From positions 36,627,703-36,691,702 of the forward strand of contig CP154954.1 in assembly GCA_039621445.1 (NCBI GenBank): a DNA stretch of 64,000 bases, in the 5' to 3' direction. Below, one piece after another: positions 59,281 to 64,000 of this stretch (the first letter of the stretch is position 1; every line of letters begins with the position of its first letter). The notes beneath the pieces are model-generated. The model saw only the letters and a list, made by a program, of their open reading frames with translations. It had not been told where the DNA came from and made no database searches. The DNA is from Euglena gracilis (taxonomy: Eukaryota). Both the position numbers and the translations under genes were made by a program.

Positions 59281-59425
59281 AATCAAGAATTCCCACTGGT
59301 CCGACCAACGAGTGCCCCCCAATAACTTGGCCTTTCTGCAACTTTTGGCTTAGAGCATAAAGGTTTCTCGTGGACAAGTTAAACCACATTCCACTACCTG
59401 TCCTTGCAGTTTCTTCTTTCGGAAA

Positions 59426-60178
59426 ATGAAGAAGACCGCAAACAGTGTGTACCGCATGCTCCCCCGACCCCCGAAACCAGATGAATTTGTTGCTACACTG
59501 GAAAAGTATTTGGTCGATTTGCAGAAGGGCCCTGCTGTTGACCCAATACACGGTACGTTGTTGGCCAACGTGTTGGAAGACAAGCCAAAAGGGACCGCAA
59601 AGGCTGAGCGTGTAGCTGTTACATGCCTGTTGGAGTTCCAGCAGGTGTGTAAACATCTGAACGCTCGGTACGAGGACCTGGATAGCTTTTTTTCCGCACG
59701 GGCTGGTTGGGTCATTGACCCCAGATATTTGTTTGATGAGGCTACCCCATCAATCAAGCTGAGCAACAACGCCGGGCACAGTGTGGCACCACATTCAAAT
59801 TCGAGACATACCTGCCTTCTACTGTCCGAGGTCATTTCAACTCTCTCGCACGGGTGTTCACATCTGTTGACCCGGACGGCACTCCGGTTCCATCTTCCAA
59901 AAAACAGTTTCCGCAACTGAACCGCCTCATGACGTCGGCTCTGACGCGAGAGAGTTCCTAGAAAGCTGTGGGTACGGCTGCCCACCCACCTGTGGAAATT
60001 CTTCAGGACGAGGAACTTCCTACCGTGCTGGCTTCCGTGGATTGGCGCAAGCCTTTTGAGAGCCAACGTGCAAACATCCTCATTTTGGCGTACAGCACGG
60101 GGTACCGAAGTGAGGTTTTGAGGCGGTTGGAAGTGGGCTCTTTTGTGGAAACGCGGACCGAAGATGGAAAACGAAGGT
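59426..60178 (+). pseudogene. Tyrosine recombinase-like protein (N-terminal domain plus box I), disrupted
   Basis: Reconstructed across a frameshift (about 59740) and a TAG (59959-59961): KPKGTAKAERVAVTCLLEF..YLPSTVRGHFNSLARVF..QFPQLNRLMTSAL..ILQDEELPTVLASVDWRKPFESQRANILILAYSTGYRSEVLRRLEVGSF. The HxxR and Tyr boxes are absent. Confidence 0.6.
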
Positions 60179-60340
60179 CATCGTCATAGATGAGGAGCCC
60201 GAGTTCTGCACGCAGCCGTCCTGCGCTTGGCCGCTGGAACTGGACCGCTGGAGCGCGACGATGACGACCTGGCTGTCGAGCGCAACCGCGCTCAGTAGTC
60301 TAAGTGGACCATTTTTGGCGCTCCCCCATCTGCGGAGCAC

Positions 60341-60592
60341 GTGGCCCAGGATATGTCAAACATTCCCTCCCTTTTCCCTGCCGTCTCCTCCTCCCGGGCA
60401 AACAAACGCCCTCGTCCTGTCCGTCCCAATTGTGGGTTTTGTGGGGTCACCGTTCCTTTGAACCCACCCTGTCGTGAGCTAAATGCTGTGGTCTGTGATG
60501 CGTGTGGGCTGTCGTACCACTGGAAGTGTGCTAACCTGGTGCGTCCCCCAAAGCATGGGTCCTGGATTTGTGAGACGTGTGTTGGTCAGTAA
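60341..60592 (+). pseudogene. PHD finger (C4HC3) coding segment, probably the C-terminus of the disrupted ORF
   Basis: CGFC..CDAC.LSYHWKC..WICETC followed by a stop. Confidence 0.75.
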
Positions 60593-63500
60593 GGCGTAAC
60601 GCAGGGCTCCTCGTTACATCTCCTGGTTGTCTGTTATTGTTCATCATTGTTATCATTGTCTGTTATGCCGTTCCGTGTCCCGACAACCATTGTTCCAAAT
60701 TCGCGCCAATTGTCTCTCAGCTGTTACAGCTCACGGTTATCCGGCGACCATCTTTCCACTGCCCTGCTGCATTGCATTAGATGTAGAACACCTCGCATTT
60801 CTGGCAAACACCTTTTATTTTTCAGTCCACGAGACACAGTGTGTGTTTTGGGCCTCAGTCCACGGATACAAACATGAACATGGGCACGCATACACGCGCG
60901 CACGCACACACATGCATATGCACGCACAGAAGGTGTGTGGAACACACATCATATGCAGAGCGGACAATATGGTTTGTGGTGGTTTCGGTAAGCCCGCGCG
61001 AGCAGGGGGATTGAAGGGAGGCAGCAGGCCAGGCAGTAGGAGCGGGCGGGCTGCGCTCTATTTTTTTGAGCCGAAAATGAGCGTTTTTTGACCCGCCAGC
61101 ACCCCGTTTTGCCCCGAAACTCATGGAGTTCGGGCCAAAAACGAAAAACGGGCCAAAAAAGTCGAAAAATCGAAAAAAAATGAAAATCTGCAATATTCGC
61201 AGTCCCATTCCTTTCCAATGTCCATTACCATCCCCCCCATTATGTACCTCCCCCCGGGAGGCCGAAATTGGGGGGGAGGTACATAATGGGGGGGGAGGTG
61301 CACAATGGGGGGGGTACCCAGGTCCCATTCCCAGACCCGACCCTCGAACAGCCCAAAAGGGCCCATTATGTACCCCCTGGGGGGGAGGTGCATAATGGGG
61401 GGGGGGATGGTGGCCCACTGTCATAACGCTTTTTCTAAAGAACTTCCCAAAAAAAGTGCTCAAAAATCGACGTTTTTGGGACGTTTTCAAAAAGTGATAT
61501 TAGGCAAATGTGCTTAAAATTGACCATTTATTGCGAACATCCAAAAAGTTGCCAAAAATGACTCAGCACTCTTCAAAGCCTGGTCAATTATAGGGGGGGG
61601 GGGCAGTCAAGGTGTGTCAAGACCAAAACTTTGACACAACATCATTGAAAAAGTCAGGATCTCCTTGGGATTCATTTTAAAACGCCATAGCTGGCGTTTT
61701 CTTTGTTTTTTTTTCAAAAAAAACGTGTTTTTTTTTGACTTCGTTTTAAACAAAACGACAGCTGTGGTTGAAACATACCAAATTTAGTGTCTTTCTCTTA
61801 CCGAGGATGGGCAAAAAAAGCTAAAATTAAATTAAAAAAAAAAAAAAAAAGGATGTGCGCCAAATTTTGTCGGTTCCTCGCCCCCCCCCCCCCCCCGGGA
61901 AAAAAATTGTTCCGACACCGATGTACCATCCCCCCCCATTGTGTACCTCCCCCTGGGAGGCCGAAATTGGGGGGAGGTACACAATGGGGGGGGAGGCACC
62001 ATGCCCCCCCCATATTGTGCCCCCCCATAATGTACCCCCATACTTGGCATTTTTTAAAAAAAAAACAAAACAACGTGTTTTTTCAAAAAGAAACGCCAAA
62101 AAAAACATCAAAAAAAACAAAAGTAAAATTTCATTGAAAAAACTCGTTATGAAACACCCAAACCATACTTCGAATCCTACTAAGTTCAAAAATTGCCAAA
62201 AAAAATGGTCAAAAACATTCAAAAAAATGCAAGAAAATGCAACTTTAAGACTTTTTTTCATTTTTTGTTTAAGGAAATATTTGGCAGAAATGCCCCAAAA
62301 CTTGCCAAAAATGATTGAAAATATGCATTCAAAAAATTTTCCGAGCAAAACCTTGTTGGCGTTTTTTTTGTTTTTTTTAAAAAAAAACATTGTTAGAATT
62401 AAAAAAAACCAAAAAAAACAAAGTCCAAAAAAAACAGGTTGCCAACTATGTGTACCCCCCCATTGGATTGACTGTGTATGGTTTCGATCGGAGTGACCAT
62501 GGACCATGACCTTGTCCCCCCCCATATTGTACCCCCCCATAATGTACCTCCCCCCCAGAAAATGGCTCCCAGGGGGGGTACAATATGGGGGGCATGGTAC
62601 ACAATGGGGGGGGGGTACCCAGGTCCCCACAGCCCAAAAGGGGTCATTTTTGGCAACTTTTTGGATGTTCGCAGTAAATGGTCAATTTTCAGCACATTTG
62701 CCAAATGTCACTTTTTGAAAACGTCCCAATGGGGGGTTGGTACACCCCTCCCCCCCCCTCTCCGAGGGGCTCGCCACGCCATTTACCCCCCCCCAGCCGG
62801 ACCCCCTCGCCACGCCACCGGCGATTTTCGCGATTTTTTGAACGAAAATTTTGCTGGAAAACCATGGTACACCCCTCCCCCCCCCCTGGTCGCCGACCCC
62901 CTCGCCACGCCATTTATCCCCCCTCCCCCCCCCCTATTCGGACCCCCTCGCCACGGCGTACCAACCCCCCAATAACGTCGATCTTTGAGCACTTTTTGGG
63001 GAAATTCTTTAGGAAAAGTGTTATGACAGTGAGCTACCATCCCCCCCCATTGGGGGTGCTACCCCCGTGACCCCCCCCATGACCCCCCCCCGTGACCCGC
63101 CCGTGACCCGAGAATCGAGCCTTCGATTTTCATACAATGCATCAACCTTCATCACTTCGGCCTTTCTTTTCATTCATCATTTCAGCCTGCTTTTTGATGT
63201 CTAGGTGGTGTTTTTGGTTGCTTTTCATCAATTTTCTGGTTCAAACCATTGAGAGTTTGCGCTGACATGGTCTAAAAATGGAAAGAAATGCCAAGATTTG
63301 AGGGGAATTTTTTTTCGACCCAAACAATGGCGCTTCTTTGCCATATGAATTTGACCCAAAACTTGGCAAAAGGGGAGATTGCGCAAGTGGGAAAGAATTT
63401 CATGGCAAAAAGGGGGGAGGGAAAACATGAAATTTTTGTGGAAGACCCCCCCCAAAAAAACAGAAAATAATTGTCCTCACCCCACCCAACCAAACCCCTT

Positions 63501-64000
63501 TTTGGCACCCAACGTCCAACGCACCTCCACACCCAAAAATGGCCAAAATCTTGTTCCCTTTAAAAAAGTGCCAAAAATTGGTGCATTTCTGCAACCAAAA
63601 CAGAATTTTTTGGCTACTTTTTTTCAAACCTGGCAATAAATAAAAACAAAAAAATGTTTTTTTGTGTTCTTTTTTAAAAAAAACAAAAAAAACGCCAACG
63701 AGGTTGTGGGAATTTTTTGGGGGGAAAAAACACTGTCTCACCTCAGTGATGGTGAAGACGAGTAGCTGTTGCGCCTTGTTTCCGCTTCATCCACGACCAA
63801 TTCACCGTCAGACTGAGTGGTCTTCAAAAATGGGAGTTCTTGATTTGCTTTGCCTCTTGTTTCTCAAAAGTTGGCCGGCAATGAAGGAACTTCAGTTGCA
63901 AAACCCATGCCGAGAGGTGGGGGGCAAATAATGTGTTTTCAAAGAAAAATCCATCTTTTTTTAAAAAAAAAACTTTTTTACGTGTTTTTTTCTTCTTCAA

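Larger units (their letters stand above)
59105..60868 (+). mobile_element. Crypton-like tyrosine-recombinase DNA transposon relic with a PHD finger
   Basis: Inverted repeats at 59105-59149 and 60826-60868 enclose a disrupted YR-like ORF and a C4HC3 PHD ORF. Confidence 0.6.

Overview
Eukaryotic, repeat-saturated genomic DNA, most likely from a euglenid (Euglenozoa). One complete host gene can be assembled by hand: a 12-exon, all GT-AG gene (11424-33889, +, 487 aa) for the euglenozoan mitochondrial ATP synthase subunit ATPTB1, with 43-47 nt introns at the 5' end and larger introns (up to 11 kb) stuffed with transposons further on. Also present: a convergent pair of tRNA-Leu(CAA)-like genes, a decayed 4-exon fragment of an H+-pyrophosphatase gene, and two orphan exons with an EF-hand-like motif. 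Two tyrosine-recombinase mobile systems stand out. (1) A structurally complete 4.6 kb DIRS1-type retrotransposon (37926-42510) with ITRs, an internal complementary region, RT-RNaseH-adenine methylase and an almost fully overlapping YR frame, flanked by relics of the same family. (2) A degenerate Crypton-like tyrosine recombinase followed by a PHD finger (about 59.0-60.9 kb), bounded by inverted repeats and long palindromes. Most of the rest is nested MITE-like DNA (hAT-like with 8-bp TSDs, Merlin-like, TA-targeting), satellites and Gypsy relics. Nearly all short Gly/Pro-rich ORFs in the six-frame track are artefacts of G/C homopolymers. Family assignments come from motif recognition and memory, not database searches.
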